Source of the DNA: a virus
Length of the DNA stretch: 64,000 nt
IMG/VR virus record: IMGVR_UViG_3300017746_000002
Coordinates: 32,001-96,000 of that record
Reading direction: 5' to 3' (one strand)
Below, one piece after another: positions 38,818 through 49,511 of this stretch (positions are counted from its first letter, which is position 1; the number at the start of each line of letters is the position of its first letter). The translations under genes and the position numbers were made by a program. A model generated the notes under the pieces. That model searched no databases. It was not told the DNA's origin and saw only the letters and a program-made list of their open reading frames with translations.

Positions 38818-41800
38818 TATCTCATTGAAATATTTAACTTAGTATTATTTAATCTTAATAACATTTTTCTATTTTCAGATTTAACTCTTCTTAGTAAGAT
38901 GTGATTATAGTAATGTCTAAATTTCTTTCTTTGTGTTTGTGCTTTATTATAATTTAAATTAGCAGCATTAAGATTTCTTATATATCCATTCCATTGTGTA
39001 TTAAACACTGTTTGTTGAGCTGCTGAAAATTCTCCTCTATCATTTGTAATATCCCAGAACTGGTTAAATCTATATTTTTGTTCTTCTTTACTATATAATA
39101 TATCTATAAAGCCTCCACCAATTATTGGGAATGTAGATGCTAATACAGGATTATTTTTAGGTGTAATGTTTAATCTTAATAATCCAGATACTTGTTCTGT
39201 ATTATATATTATTGCTTCATCAAAATTCCAATCTAAATCATGGAATCTATCTTTACTTTCATTTTGATATACATATGATTCTAACTGATATTCTAAACTT
39301 CTTATAGTTGTAACACTTTGACCACTATGTTCTATTAAGTCAACTTCCCACGGGTAGTCTATACCATAATAATTAGCATATAAATCAGTTCTTGTATTGT
39401 GTCTCCATATAGAAGATCCTTGTATTTGAGCTCTACAATTTTTACAACTTGCATTACAAAACCCAGGATCAATATATGTTAAACCATTTGGTGATCCATT
39501 AGAATCATATTCATAATCAAATAACTCTTGTGCAGTAAGACAAGGTGTACCATCATCCCATGATGTGTACGCACCGTTTGATTGTTCACATTGATTTCTA
39601 AATGTTCCTAAACTGTTATTACTACCATTACCAGTACAACCACAATTAGATTGACCACATACAGTATATTGATAATTACCAAAAGCATTTTGACCACAAG
39701 GTAAAACTAAATCATATCCTGTTGAGCAAACTTGACCATTAGTTAAAACTGAATCAACACAAGCAGAAGTACCTACACCAGCATCTGGAGTCATATTTAT
39801 AAGAAGCAGATTTGTTAATCTTGGTACTGTAATTTGAATATCTTCACAACACTCTTCTTCAACTGGATCCCATGTATAGCCAGGAGGACAATTAATTTCT
39901 CCTTCTTTAGTTGTTAAAAAATGATTTATACTATTAAATGTTAAATCAGGATGCCAATCATGAAATGAAATCCATGCTTTAGATTTAGGATCATAGCTAA
40001 CAGTCCATGAAGCATCTTCAAAGAAACTAGAATCATTTAATTGTATTGGTGATTTATTAGGAGCTGCTTTACTACAACCAGGACCGGATATTCCAGATAA
40101 ACAATCAAGATTTACATAAAAACCTCCTTCACAATCATCAAAACAAATACAATCAGTTGTTGGTTCATAATCTTTTTTACTAAAATATATAATATCATTC
40201 ATAGGATCATATACTGACTGTACACCTATTCCTGTAACTGGATTATCAGCAACTGAAGGACAATCTTCTACATTAGGTAATGCAGATATTAATCTTGATG
40301 GTAAATATTTATTAAACCACCATTTCATTCCTTGATCAGATATAGCTGATAGACCTTTTGAACCATATTGAAATATTTTTCCTTGTGCTTGAGATACATA
40401 AAATAATCCCATAGGTGTATTAATAACACTTCTTGCGCTTTCACATGAACCATACTCATGTGATAAATCTGAGTTTGCTACATTTTGAAATGCTTGACTA
40501 AATAAACCTCCGTCACCAATAATAAGTTTAGTACCACCTTTGTCCATATTTAATGCGTCTACACCTTGAAACATTTGTGGAGATATTGTTGGAAATAATA
40601 TTAATGCACCTGTTTTATTAATAGGTTTAATTGTATTAACTGTAGATTTAAAATCTCTAAAGTTTTTACTAAGGAATATTCTCCAAAAGTCTTTATTAGC
40701 TTCTTTCTTTTGTTGTTTAAGTTTCTTTAATGTTACACCACCTGTTGGTAAAGAATATATTAATCTCTTAGGAAACTTTGTTAAACATGTCTCTGAAACA
40801 TAAGGGTCATACCATCTAGGTTGTATTTCACCAAAAGATGTATTCCAAAATCTTTTTTGATTTAATGATTTATCATATTTATAATAATTATCTACATCTT
40901 GAATTTTAGCATCAAACATAGTATTTATATCAGTATAATCTAAATAGTCATAATGACGTGTAGTTATACTATCAGAGTAATCTCTATGTGCTACATTTAT
41001 TTCAGATTCAACAAAGAAATCTTGTACACCATTGTTATGTGTATACATATAATGTTCAGTAACAACAAACACACCACCACTATTATCTGTATCTGTAGCA
41101 GCTTCATAAGGTGGATCAGGAGTTTCATAATCTACATTATCAAAACTTTGAGGAATAGGAGTACCACCTGATATATTAATTTGAAAATCAGCTCTACTTT
41201 GGCCTTCATAACCTGTTGATGTACCATCACCACCAATATATGAAAATAATCCTCCTTTGCTTCCTGAATTACCTCCTTGTATTGTGTGTATATTATACTT
41301 AAGTGGGAATGTTGAACAAAGAGTTGATGTTCTACTTGTACCGCCATGTACTATTGTTACAGTATCAAAATTTTGTTTAGGTAGTAGTTGATTAACATTA
41401 GTTGTTGAACCACCACTAGGTATTGGATTAGGAGTTACATTTCCAGGTGGTTTTAACCATGAGTATCTGTTATCAACTACATATTCAAAACCTCCAGTAT
41501 TCCAATTATATACTGCAGCTAAACCAAATACAGAAGCTTCTAATGACATAGTTTGATTTACATATCCTGGTTTTTCAGTACCAGCACTTCCTCCTTCTAT
41601 ACTACTTCCAAAATTTTGGGCATTTGGAGTTCCATCACAACCTCCATTAATTGCATTATTTTGATAATGTCTATCAGCTTGACCTCCTATTCCATTAACC
41701 TTAAAAAAATTTTTATCAGTTAAAGGTCCGCTTATTGCACTACCCGCTCCATTTTGAAGTTCACCTCTTTTATATTCTCCACTTATTACACCTTGCACAT

Positions 41801-44800
41801 CTCTAACATCTGTTGGGTCATCTGGATGTGTTATTGTTATAACATCTGTAACACCATTAAAAGAAACTACATTCTGAGTTGCAGATTTTATATTAACATT
41901 AATATTTACTACTCCCGTTAACTTAAGAACAGAATAATTTTGATGCCATTTATATATAGGATCACCATTAGCATCTGTAACAGTAGGCATTGTACCATTT
42001 GCTTGACCACCTGTTCCTAATACATTTCCTGATTGTGTCCAAGCTTTTGCTTGATCATTACATGTAGTTGCTTGGAATGTTATATATGAATCTACCCAAG
42101 CAGCACCACTAAGAGCTCCTGTATAAACAGCATTTGCATTTGCATAATTATTAAATAGATTACCATTATTAAGAGGCGGAAGTGTAGAATCTGGTTGTAT
42201 ACAAGATGGTAAACAAGGATTAGAACCTGTATAACACGGGCCCAGTGTATTCCAACAATCATTACATGTACAGGATACTCCATCACCATCTTCAGGAAGT
42301 TCCCATGCACCATTTGCCCATGTATTAGCTGTTTCAATTACATGAGGTGTATAAAGTCCTGGACCTCCAGCACCAGGTGTAGAATTAGTATTTATACTAT
42401 CAATAAGTAATTCATTTGTAGTATCATAACTTGCTGTTATTCCACCTGTAGGAGAATTATTAGGATCAAAATTACCTGCTCCTGAAAATGTAGCGCTACT
42501 TCCTTCACAAACAATTGCACCAGGTCCATCAAGATGGTATAAATCTCCAGGAGTATGTCCTCTCCAGTCAAAAGTAAGATCAGTAATAGGTTTAATATAC
42601 TCATCCATTCTAAACTTATTAGAATCTAACCAGTATCTTGGATAAGGAACATTAGGATAATTCTTATAATCCCAAGCAATTCCGTCTGGTTCACCATCTT
42701 TTAGAAAGTCCCAGAAAAAAGGCATACTAGTTTTTTCAGTATATCTGTTTATATATACATCTCCACCCCAATGAACTTCTGACCATCCACCATTAGTAGT
42801 AATTGTTGTTCCAGCAACTAAAGAATCATGACTAAAATAATTACAATCACCACCTGCAGGTTGCATTAATATATTATCTATTTGTCCATATTGGTTATCT
42901 ATATTTACTTTTAGTGCTGCATAATTTACTGCAATAGGTTTACATGTTTGTACTCCTGGTGAATACCATGTAACTGTTGCACCTGTTCCATCATCACGTG
43001 TAGGATTTTGGCAATCATTACATAGACCATCACCAATAGTAAACTTAGAAAAATCATTACCATTAGGATCTAAAAGACCACCATAAGTACCATCTATTAC
43101 TGTTCCACCTGGACCTGTACTTCCAGCTCCAGTTAAATTTTGTGTGCTTAATACTACTGTTGATTGTCTTCTTAAATTATTAATCATCACATTTCCTGGA
43201 AATGCAGAAAACGCTTGTTTTATATATCTTGCATCTTCAACATTTCTTCTCCATGCAGTATCATCCATACCAAAAGGTTGCATTATATCATTAGAAACAT
43301 CTGCACCACTCCATGTAAGAGGAGGTAATATAACTTCTTCATTATAAAAACCGTGAGATATATACTTATATACATGATCTTGATATGATACAAGATTTCT
43401 AATGAGATCTAATATTTTATCACCACCCGTAGCAACATAATTAAGGAATGCAAATATACCTGTAATCATTGCCATAAGTCTTGGAACACCTGTAAAGTCT
43501 GTCCCTCTCATTGTTATTGTCTTTTCACTACCTGATGCAGCACCTGTTAATCCTGTTGCTCCACTTTCAGCTGCGTTAAATGCTGGTATTGCTATTTGTT
43601 TTGCATCACGTCCAAAACCTAAAACAGTAGCACCATCAAGAACCATATCTAAAGCTCCTTTTGCAATATATGTTAAACCCATACCTACTAAGTGAAATAC
43701 AGAATTGGCAAGAGATAAACCATTACCTACAATAGGAAATGGAGATAAAGCTGTACCAGAACCTAATGCTTTTACATCAGACATACCAGCAGGGTTTTGT
43801 CCTGCACCTGTTATTGATAAATCTTCTGGTCCTCTCATTTGGTTAATTGCATAACCAACACCAATAATAGCTGCTACAAAAACAGCTCTTTTCTTTATAA
43901 GTTTAAATCTAGGATGTTCTTCTGATCTTTTAAAGTTTCCTAATTGTTTTCCTCTTATTGTTTTATATAATTTTATTTCACTAGGATTTAAAAACATTCT
44001 TGAAAACATTGTATCTGGAGAATGGAATGTAAAATAATCACGTGTTATTTCACCTAGCCCTCTAGTATCTGTAGATGAATGTTTAGTTGGATCTACTAAG
44101 AAGTTATCTTCAATACCATCATACCAGGGTCTGTTTGAAATTAACTCTCCTTGATTTCTATTTAAAAGATAAGGATCCGTATGTAAATCATTATATGGAT
44201 AGTTAGGAAATACACCCCATGATCTATCAGCTTGTCTTGGTCCATCATCACTGTATAATTGACTTGTTGTAGTATCTCTTTCATAGGTAAACATATTTCT
44301 AATAATACCTTTTGCTAGAATAGATTTATTACCACTTCTACTTCCTGTTAATATTTCATAACCAACTATCCCTGGAATAAGTGTTCCATTATTATCTACT
44401 GGTGGATATATGTTATCAAACTTAGCTCCTAGTATATTTATAAACTCTCCTGTTACACCATTAACTGTTGGACTTAAAAGTGCTGCATCAGTTCCTAGTA
44501 ATGTTTCATCAGGAAACTTATGATGTCTAATTGGTTGACCACATAAGTCATGATTAGGTATTCCTGTAGTTGGATTTACAGTACCATAATTAGACCAAGC
44601 ATGTTCACTAGAATTCCATCTTATAGGATCATGTGGATATAACTCTGTAGATTGCCAGTAACCCATATGACCTTCACCCGTTTTAACACCGCCAAATTTT
44701 TCATCTTTTATATCACCAATATCTCCTGCTGCAATTGAGTTAGCTGTATTTATACCTTCAAAATAAAGTTCTTGAGAACCATTTGGAGCAATGTTAATTC

Positions 44801-46043
44801 CAGTTACATTAAGTGGATCATTTGTTTGTAAAGGAGGATTTGGAACATATCCCGGTAAGTTTGAAGCAACATCACCCGGTGGTTTACCTGGAATGTGATA
44901 TGCTTTAGATTTATCACCTGTATTATATATCCATCTTATAAAGAAAGCATACTGTTCATCCCTCATAAAAGAAGGCTTGTTACCTCCGTTTGTATAATAT
45001 GTTGAAGGGTATCTCCATGACTCCCAATGAGCATGTATTAAGTTTGCTAATGGTTGATAATTAAAATCAAACTTTTCTGTAGGTTGTGATCTAATTAAAT
45101 AATCATTAACAACATACATCCCATCTGATTTTTCATATACAGGATTTCTTACTATTAATGCTAGGTCAGTTAAAACTTCTAATCTACCATCAATATAATC
45201 AATGTTTATTGTTGTTTGTTCAGTGCTATAATATCCAACAATTCTTGTACTAATAGCATTGTGAGTTTTAAATCTTATTACAAGTTGAAAGTTATCAAAG
45301 TCTTTATCAAGATTACTAATATTAATATCTAATGAACCTGAAGGACCACTATGATTCCATAATGATTGTAAGTTTGATATACCAACATAATCACCTATAA
45401 CTTGATTATCTAATGTATATGCAATAAAAGCTTGATATGTACCATTAACTAAAGATCCTCCTTCTTCTGCTTTTGATAATGTTATACAAGGTATATCCAT
45501 GTAAGGAGCTAGTCTTATAGCATCACAATCTAAATCTGTAGTATATTGTACATCACATGGATCTATAATAGGAGTAACAGGTTTATAAGGAACATTATCT
45601 AAATTTAAAACTCTTGAAGGGTTTAAAGCATCATCCCAATATACTAACCATTGACAATCATAATTTTCTTTTGAAACACCAACAATTAAATGATCAGTAC
45701 TAAAGTTAAGACATCCGTCATTTACAATAGGTTTATACTCACATCTGCTGTCATCAAATCTACCAATTTCTGAATTTATATTATCAGTAGAAAAAATAGC
45801 CCATATATCTCCATATAAATGAATACCGCCTATTATTTTATAAGGTATAGTGACACATTGTAAATTTGCAGGTTCATTTCCAATAACACCTACATCACCA
45901 TCAATAGAATTATTTATAGCATTACGTGCATGATTCCAATTTTGTTTGGACATGTAACTTGCATCAGAATCTTTTATCATCCCTTTCGGGGTTAAATTAG
46001 TTTCTGTTGTAGAAGTTGGTTGATTTTGTTTTTTCTTTGCCAT
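38817..46043 (-). CDS. Tail stabilisation / muzzle-like protein (crAss-like, P22 gp10-related) with large insertions
   Basis: 2408 aa, directly after two ring-like genes. Beta-propeller-like blocks include GMIKD...NAIN, YWDDALNPSR, FMRDEQYAFFIRW, IRHHKFP, FHSPD, GGDVYI and WTVSY...WISFHDW. Confidence 0.7.
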   Translation of the reverse strand: MAKKKQNQPTSTTETNLTPKGMIKDSDASYMSKQNWNHARNAINNSIDGDVGVIGNEPANLQCVTIPYKIIGGIHLYGDIWAIFSTDNINSEIGRFDDSRCEYKPIVNDGCLNFSTDHLIVGVSKENYDCQWLVYWDDALNPSRVLNLDNVPYKPVTPIIDPCDVQYTTDLDCDAIRLAPYMDIPCITLSKAEEGGSLVNGTYQAFIAYTLDNQVIGDYVGISNLQSLWNHSGPSGSLDINISNLDKDFDNFQLVIRFKTHNAISTRIVGYYSTEQTTINIDYIDGRLEVLTDLALIVRNPVYEKSDGMYVVNDYLIRSQPTEKFDFNYQPLANLIHAHWESWRYPSTYYTNGGNKPSFMRDEQYAFFIRWIYNTGDKSKAYHIPGKPPGDVASNLPGYVPNPPLQTNDPLNVTGINIAPNGSQELYFEGINTANSIAAGDIGDIKDEKFGGVKTGEGHMGYWQSTELYPHDPIRWNSSEHAWSNYGTVNPTTGIPNHDLCGQPIRHHKFPDETLLGTDAALLSPTVNGVTGEFINILGAKFDNIYPPVDNNGTLIPGIVGYEILTGSRSGNKSILAKGIIRNMFTYERDTTTSQLYSDDGPRQADRSWGVFPNYPYNDLHTDPYLLNRNQGELISNRPWYDGIEDNFLVDPTKHSSTDTRGLGEITRDYFTFHSPDTMFSRMFLNPSEIKLYKTIRGKQLGNFKRSEEHPRFKLIKKRAVFVAAIIGVGYAINQMRGPEDLSITGAGQNPAGMSDVKALGSGTALSPFPIVGNGLSLANSVFHLVGMGLTYIAKGALDMVLDGATVLGFGRDAKQIAIPAFNAAESGATGLTGAASGSEKTITMRGTDFTGVPRLMAMITGIFAFLNYVATGGDKILDLIRNLVSYQDHVYKYISHGFYNEEVILPPLTWSGADVSNDIMQPFGMDDTAWRRNVEDARYIKQAFSAFPGNVMINNLRRQSTVVLSTQNLTGAGSTGPGGTVIDGTYGGLLDPNGNDFSKFTIGDGLCNDCQNPTRDDGTGATVTWYSPGVQTCKPIAVNYAALKVNIDNQYGQIDNILMQPAGGDCNYFSHDSLVAGTTITTNGGWSEVHWGGDVYINRYTEKTSMPFFWDFLKDGEPDGIAWDYKNYPNVPYPRYWLDSNKFRMDEYIKPITDLTFDWRGHTPGDLYHLDGPGAIVCEGSSATFSGAGNFDPNNSPTGGITASYDTTNELLIDSINTNSTPGAGGPGLYTPHVIETANTWANGAWELPEDGDGVSCTCNDCWNTLGPCYTGSNPCLPSCIQPDSTLPPLNNGNLFNNYANANAVYTGALSGAAWVDSYITFQATTCNDQAKAWTQSGNVLGTGGQANGTMPTVTDANGDPIYKWHQNYSVLKLTGVVNINVNIKSATQNVVSFNGVTDVITITHPDDPTDVRDVQGVISGEYKRGELQNGAGSAISGPLTDKNFFKVNGIGGQADRHYQNNAINGGCDGTPNAQNFGSSIEGGSAGTEKPGYVNQTMSLEASVFGLAAVYNWNTGGFEYVVDNRYSWLKPPGNVTPNPIPSGGSTTNVNQLLPKQNFDTVTIVHGGTSRTSTLCSTFPLKYNIHTIQGGNSGSKGGLFSYIGGDGTSTGYEGQSRADFQINISGGTPIPQSFDNVDYETPDPPYEAATDTDNSGGVFVVTEHYMYTHNNGVQDFFVESEINVAHRDYSDSITTRHYDYLDYTDINTMFDAKIQDVDNYYKYDKSLNQKRFWNTSFGEIQPRWYDPYVSETCLTKFPKRLIYSLPTGGVTLKKLKQQKKEANKDFWRIFLSKNFRDFKSTVNTIKPINKTGALILFPTISPQMFQGVDALNMDKGGTKLIIGDGGLFSQAFQNVANSDLSHEYGSCESARSVINTPMGLFYVSQAQGKIFQYGSKGLSAISDQGMKWWFNKYLPSRLISALPNVEDCPSVADNPVTGIGVQSVYDPMNDIIYFSKKDYEPTTDCICFDDCEGGFYVNLDCLSGISGPGCSKAAPNKSPIQLNDSSFFEDASWTVSYDPKSKAWISFHDWHPDLTFNSINHFLTTKEGEINCPPGYTWDPVEEECCEDIQITVPRLTNLLLINMTPDAGVGTSACVDSVLTNGQVCSTGYDLVLPCGQNAFGNYQYTVCGQSNCGCTGNGSNNSLGTFRNQCEQSNGAYTSWDDGTPCLTAQELFDYEYDSNGSPNGLTYIDPGFCNASCKNCRAQIQGSSIWRHNTRTDLYANYYGIDYPWEVDLIEHSGQSVTTIRSLEYQLESYVYQNESKDRFHDLDWNFDEAIIYNTEQVSGLLRLNITPKNNPVLASTFPIIGGGFIDILYSKEEQKYRFNQFWDITNDRGEFSAAQQTVFNTQWNGYIRNLNAANLNYNKAQTQRKKFRHYYNHILLRRVKSENRKMLLRLNNTKLNISMR

Positions 46044-46045
46044 GG

Positions 46046-46954
46046 TTATCTATGTGGTGCAGTGCTTCTAAACATATCATAATAATTATGATACTGCGCT
46101 CTTCTGTTAACTTCCCATATTTTTCTATATTCAGCAAAGTTAGGTGTATTTACAAAACCTAATGCTGTATTTCTAGCAGCTCTTAATTTCTGCTCAATCA
46201 TTCCTATTTGATTAACCACATTTTCACCATCAAACATCATGTTTTCTAGTATTCTTTGTTTTAATGCATATTCATAATACTCATTACAATATGGATGATC
46301 AAGAGTTAAAAGTTTACCTGAACTATCTTCCATTGTTCCTTGATAATTTATATATACTTTTCCTGAATTAAAATTAGTTAATAAATAACCATCTTTAATT
46401 TCTGCTGTATCAGCAGCTCTTGTAGATAAGTTAGGACAATCACAATGTACACCCTGAAGACTAGATATTCTTAAAGGAAGAAATACTGAATATTCTCTCC
46501 ATTGTTCTGGACCTACATATTGTAATACTACATATTGACTATTATATGTTGTTGTTCCCTTAGTTTTTGTTGGACATGTTTGTATTACACAAACGTCTTT
46601 ACAGTCTTTAGGGTCAAGACACATATCACCTCCTCCTGGATCAGGAGTATATTTAGGTTGTGTAGTATCAACATGTGTTCCTGATGGTAATGTATTATTT
46701 ACTTTATACTTTCCACATATTGATCCAAAATTAAGAACATTAAAGTTTGATGGAAGTTTAGCTTTTTTATTTTCTACATCTAGTACTGCATCATTTGTTC
46801 TTTGTATTCTAAGACCTAAATCATAATTTACTCTTTGTACAACTTTAATTAATTGTTGAGGTTCAATATGACCCTCAAGATTATAAGTTCTAAAATCTAT
46901 CTTAACGTCTTCAAGAAGTTGGTCAAATGTCCTATATTTATGTGATACGCTCAT
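46046..46954 (-). CDS. Tail ring / tubular-like protein
   Basis: 302 aa in the crAss-like position upstream of the stabilisation protein. Its C-terminus (YLLTNFNSGKVYINY...YYEYALK) resembles ring/tail tubular proteins. Confidence 0.55.
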   Translation of the reverse strand: MSVSHKYRTFDQLLEDVKIDFRTYNLEGHIEPQQLIKVVQRVNYDLGLRIQRTNDAVLDVENKKAKLPSNFNVLNFGSICGKYKVNNTLPSGTHVDTTQPKYTPDPGGGDMCLDPKDCKDVCVIQTCPTKTKGTTTYNSQYVVLQYVGPEQWREYSVFLPLRISSLQGVHCDCPNLSTRAADTAEIKDGYLLTNFNSGKVYINYQGTMEDSSGKLLTLDHPYCNEYYEYALKQRILENMMFDGENVVNQIGMIEQKLRAARNTALGFVNTPNFAEYRKIWEVNRRAQYHNYYDMFRSTAPHR

Positions 46955-47625
46955 TATCTATTTGGGTTTTGTTTATTATCTGAATCTTCTCCAGGAATTT
47001 TCATTGTATTAAATGCAACATTTAAGATCTGACTTTCTATTTCTGAAAATAAAAACTCAGGTATATAAATTGTTTTTAAATACATAGGAACACAATCATC
47101 TTCTGTATCACATGTCCACTTTGATATATCTCCTTCAAACACACCTTCTAATTTAATAGCATCCCAATCTACATTTGGTAAATATAAATATTCATTTAAG
47201 TACCAAAAATATTTAGTAGTATTATACTTAAAAGATGTACTTCTTGTCATAGAAGCATATGTAGAAGGATCAGTAGGTTCTATTTTTATACTACCGTCTA
47301 TTGATGTTACACTTCTAATTAAAGGTCCCCAATATCCTTCCATAAATGTTGGAAGTTTGTGTTTGGTCCTCATAATTGTTGAACCACTTTCTATCCCTAC
47401 ACATCCTGCCTCAACCTTATCTATCTCAATAAGCTCAATAAAATTAAGAGATTGCCAAACGCTATTAAACTTCATAAGCTTATTAGCATTATCTTGCCTT
47501 CTCATTAACAGTTGTGCATACTTTAGTATAAGACTGTAGATATATCTATCAGTCATAAATGCATCCTGAACCTCAGCCTTTAATTGACCTCTTATTCTTG
47601 AGACGGCTTCTCCTATAGTAGTCAT
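46954..47625 (-). CDS. Tail ring / adaptor-like protein
   Basis: 223 aa with an N-terminal helix (MTTIGEAVSRIR...DRYIYS) and YFWYLNEYLY...GVFE, coupled to the next ring gene. Confidence 0.55.
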   Translation of the reverse strand: MTTIGEAVSRIRGQLKAEVQDAFMTDRYIYSLILKYAQLLMRRQDNANKLMKFNSVWQSLNFIELIEIDKVEAGCVGIESGSTIMRTKHKLPTFMEGYWGPLIRSVTSIDGSIKIEPTDPSTYASMTRSTSFKYNTTKYFWYLNEYLYLPNVDWDAIKLEGVFEGDISKWTCDTEDDCVPMYLKTIYIPEFLFSEIESQILNVAFNTMKIPGEDSDNKQNPNR

Positions 47626-47627
47626 AT

Positions 47628-48146
47628 CTATTTTCTTTTATACATATCAGCCACTCTGATCTTCTTTTTCATTTTGATGTACTTCTTCCACTGGGTAGGA
47701 TATATCTTAGCTACAGCACGCTTAAATTGTCTTATAGCAGTAAACTGCCATAATTCTCTAGTTTTGAATCTGTACTTAGGAGAGTAGTTAGTATAAAATA
47801 TCTTTCCTACATTACCATCAGTATCCCAATTCTTATTTTGAATTACTTTACCATACTTCTTAGATAAAGAATAATCCATATTAACCTTCTTTGCTGCAGG
47901 ACATGTTCCTATAAATAAATATCCTAGTGAGTCCGGTAATTCTACCCCATCTCTATTATCTATAATATTTTCCCAAATCAAACCATTGAATGTTTTTATA
48001 ACATTTTTTAGTTTAGTATCATCAACACTAGAGTACATAGGGTTCTTATCTTTAAACTTATTCAATGTTTCAGCATTCAATAAACTTAAAACCTTTTCCC
48101 TATATCTAGGTTTACTTAAATCCGGTGACTTATAATTGTTAATCAT
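47628..48146 (-). CDS. Basic DNA-binding protein, possibly IHF/HU-like
   Basis: Lys-rich, 172 aa, with helix-helix then GVELPDSLGYLFIG. crAss-like structural modules commonly carry IHF-like genes here. Confidence 0.4.
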   Translation of the reverse strand: MINNYKSPDLSKPRYREKVLSLLNAETLNKFKDKNPMYSSVDDTKLKNVIKTFNGLIWENIIDNRDGVELPDSLGYLFIGTCPAAKKVNMDYSLSKKYGKVIQNKNWDTDGNVGKIFYTNYSPKYRFKTRELWQFTAIRQFKRAVAKIYPTQWKKYIKMKKKIRVADMYKRK

Positions 48147-48157
48147 ATTCCTTACAC

Positions 48158-48171
48158 TATAATTTACAAAA
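48158..48171 (-). promoter_or_regulatory. Variant of recurring promoter motif (TTTTGTAAATTATA)
   Basis: One mismatch to the GTATATTATA core, 11 bp upstream of the 172-aa gene. Confidence 0.4.
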
Positions 48172-48191
48172 AATTAGAGAGATATAAAAGT

Positions 48192-49373
48192 TTATTGAGG
48201 TGAATATGACAATTCACATATTTCACCTTTATTTGGAGAATGTAAAGAAAGTACTCCAGATCTTCTAGATCCTACAAACTTATTATGATAATGGTAGTAA
48301 TCTGTACGTGAAAGACTTGGAAGAATTTTTAGCATAAAGCCTGTCTTTTCATGCTCAGTAATATATTCTATTTTCTTTTTGTGATGGTAATGACCTGTGT
48401 ATAATGTTCTATATAATGTTTTACCCCATTCTCTTGGATACTCCATAGAGTATACCATTAATGAATTTTTAGTATTAACATCTCCATGTTCAAAAGCAAA
48501 AAAGTTATCACCGTATACATATACCTTTCTTTCAAGATATACAACATCCCATATTATTTTTGGATCATCATAACATTTAGATAACCCATGTGCTAAATGA
48601 AATGAAGATAACCTATCATGATTACCAGGGATATATACTACTTGTAATTCATCACAAAATTGTTTAATATAATTGATACTCCATTGTATAGCATTAAATG
48701 CCTGCATGTAAGCCTCTGTAGCAGTCTTACAGTTGTCTAATGGTGTTCCACTAGTGGTAGTACCACTCCAAGTATCCATGTTGATTAGATCTCCTCCTAC
48801 TACATAGTATATTTTTTCTAAATGATGAGCACTTGTAGCTCTCTCAACTAGATCAATAATTGTTTCTTCAAAATCTTTATCTATAGTTTCATTTCCTTCT
48901 TTACCAAAATGTATGTCTTGTAATGATAAAACTCCAGCCGTTTTTGTTCTACCTGGAGTTTTAATTCTTTTTACTTCTTTATATTTTTTTGGTTTAAAAC
49001 CTTTTAATAACTCAGCAACATTATCTACTTCATTATCTTTTAATCTTGTAACCATTGCTGATACTCTCCAATGATCACCCATTTGTTTATTCCAATAACT
49101 AGATAATTTCCATTGTGTTATATCTATGTTTAATATATCAATTATTTCTTCAGGTGATTTAGGTTCAGAAGAACTTACTGTCTCCATTTTTGCTTCACCT
49201 TTTTCTAAATTGTACTCATATGATGTTGATGAGTTTTCTAATAGTTCTTGTGATCTGACATAATCTTTTAACTTGTCATAATCATCTACTGTAATTTCTA
49301 ATTTTTCTGCACAGTATACAGAGTTTTTTTTCCATTTAAATGATGCTTTGATTCTTTCAATTAATGAGTCCAT
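48192..49373 (-). CDS. Calcineurin-like metallophosphoesterase with N-terminal extension
   Basis: All five motifs are present in order: DIH (LQDIHFGK), GD (GGDLIN), GNHD, HG (EHGD) and GHxH (TGHYHH). Confidence 0.85.
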   Translation of the reverse strand: MDSLIERIKASFKWKKNSVYCAEKLEITVDDYDKLKDYVRSQELLENSSTSYEYNLEKGEAKMETVSSSEPKSPEEIIDILNIDITQWKLSSYWNKQMGDHWRVSAMVTRLKDNEVDNVAELLKGFKPKKYKEVKRIKTPGRTKTAGVLSLQDIHFGKEGNETIDKDFEETIIDLVERATSAHHLEKIYYVVGGDLINMDTWSGTTTSGTPLDNCKTATEAYMQAFNAIQWSINYIKQFCDELQVVYIPGNHDRLSSFHLAHGLSKCYDDPKIIWDVVYLERKVYVYGDNFFAFEHGDVNTKNSLMVYSMEYPREWGKTLYRTLYTGHYHHKKKIEYITEHEKTGFMLKILPSLSRTDYYHYHNKFVGSRRSGVLSLHSPNKGEICELSYSPQ

Positions 49374-49399
49374 AAATTATTTTTAGTTATTTTTTTGGG

Positions 49400-49407
49400 C
49401 AAATATA
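49400..49407 (-). promoter_or_regulatory. Bacteroidota-type -7 element TATATTTG upstream of the phosphoesterase
   Basis: Exact TAnnTTTG match 26 bp upstream of the ATG and just downstream of a terminator. I saw no clear -33 element. Confidence 0.4.
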
Positions 49408-49425
49408 TAAAAATTTTTTTAATAT

Positions 49426-49460
49426 AAAAAAAAAGAGACCCGGTGTTAACCCCAGGTCTC
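49426..49460 (-). terminator. Intrinsic terminator
   Basis: Minus strand GAGACCTGG-ggttaaca-CCGGGTCTC followed by T9, about 50 bp downstream of the 195-aa gene. Confidence 0.8.
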
Positions 49461-49511
49461 TGACAATTAAGTTTTGGAAAACCAATAAACCATCACTTTC
49501 TTGTTTTATTA

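Noticed and set aside
49470-49511. AACCAATAAACC-like tract, with a similar tract near 61232-61250, as a possible ncRNA
   Set aside because: It is short and low-complexity with no supporting structure.
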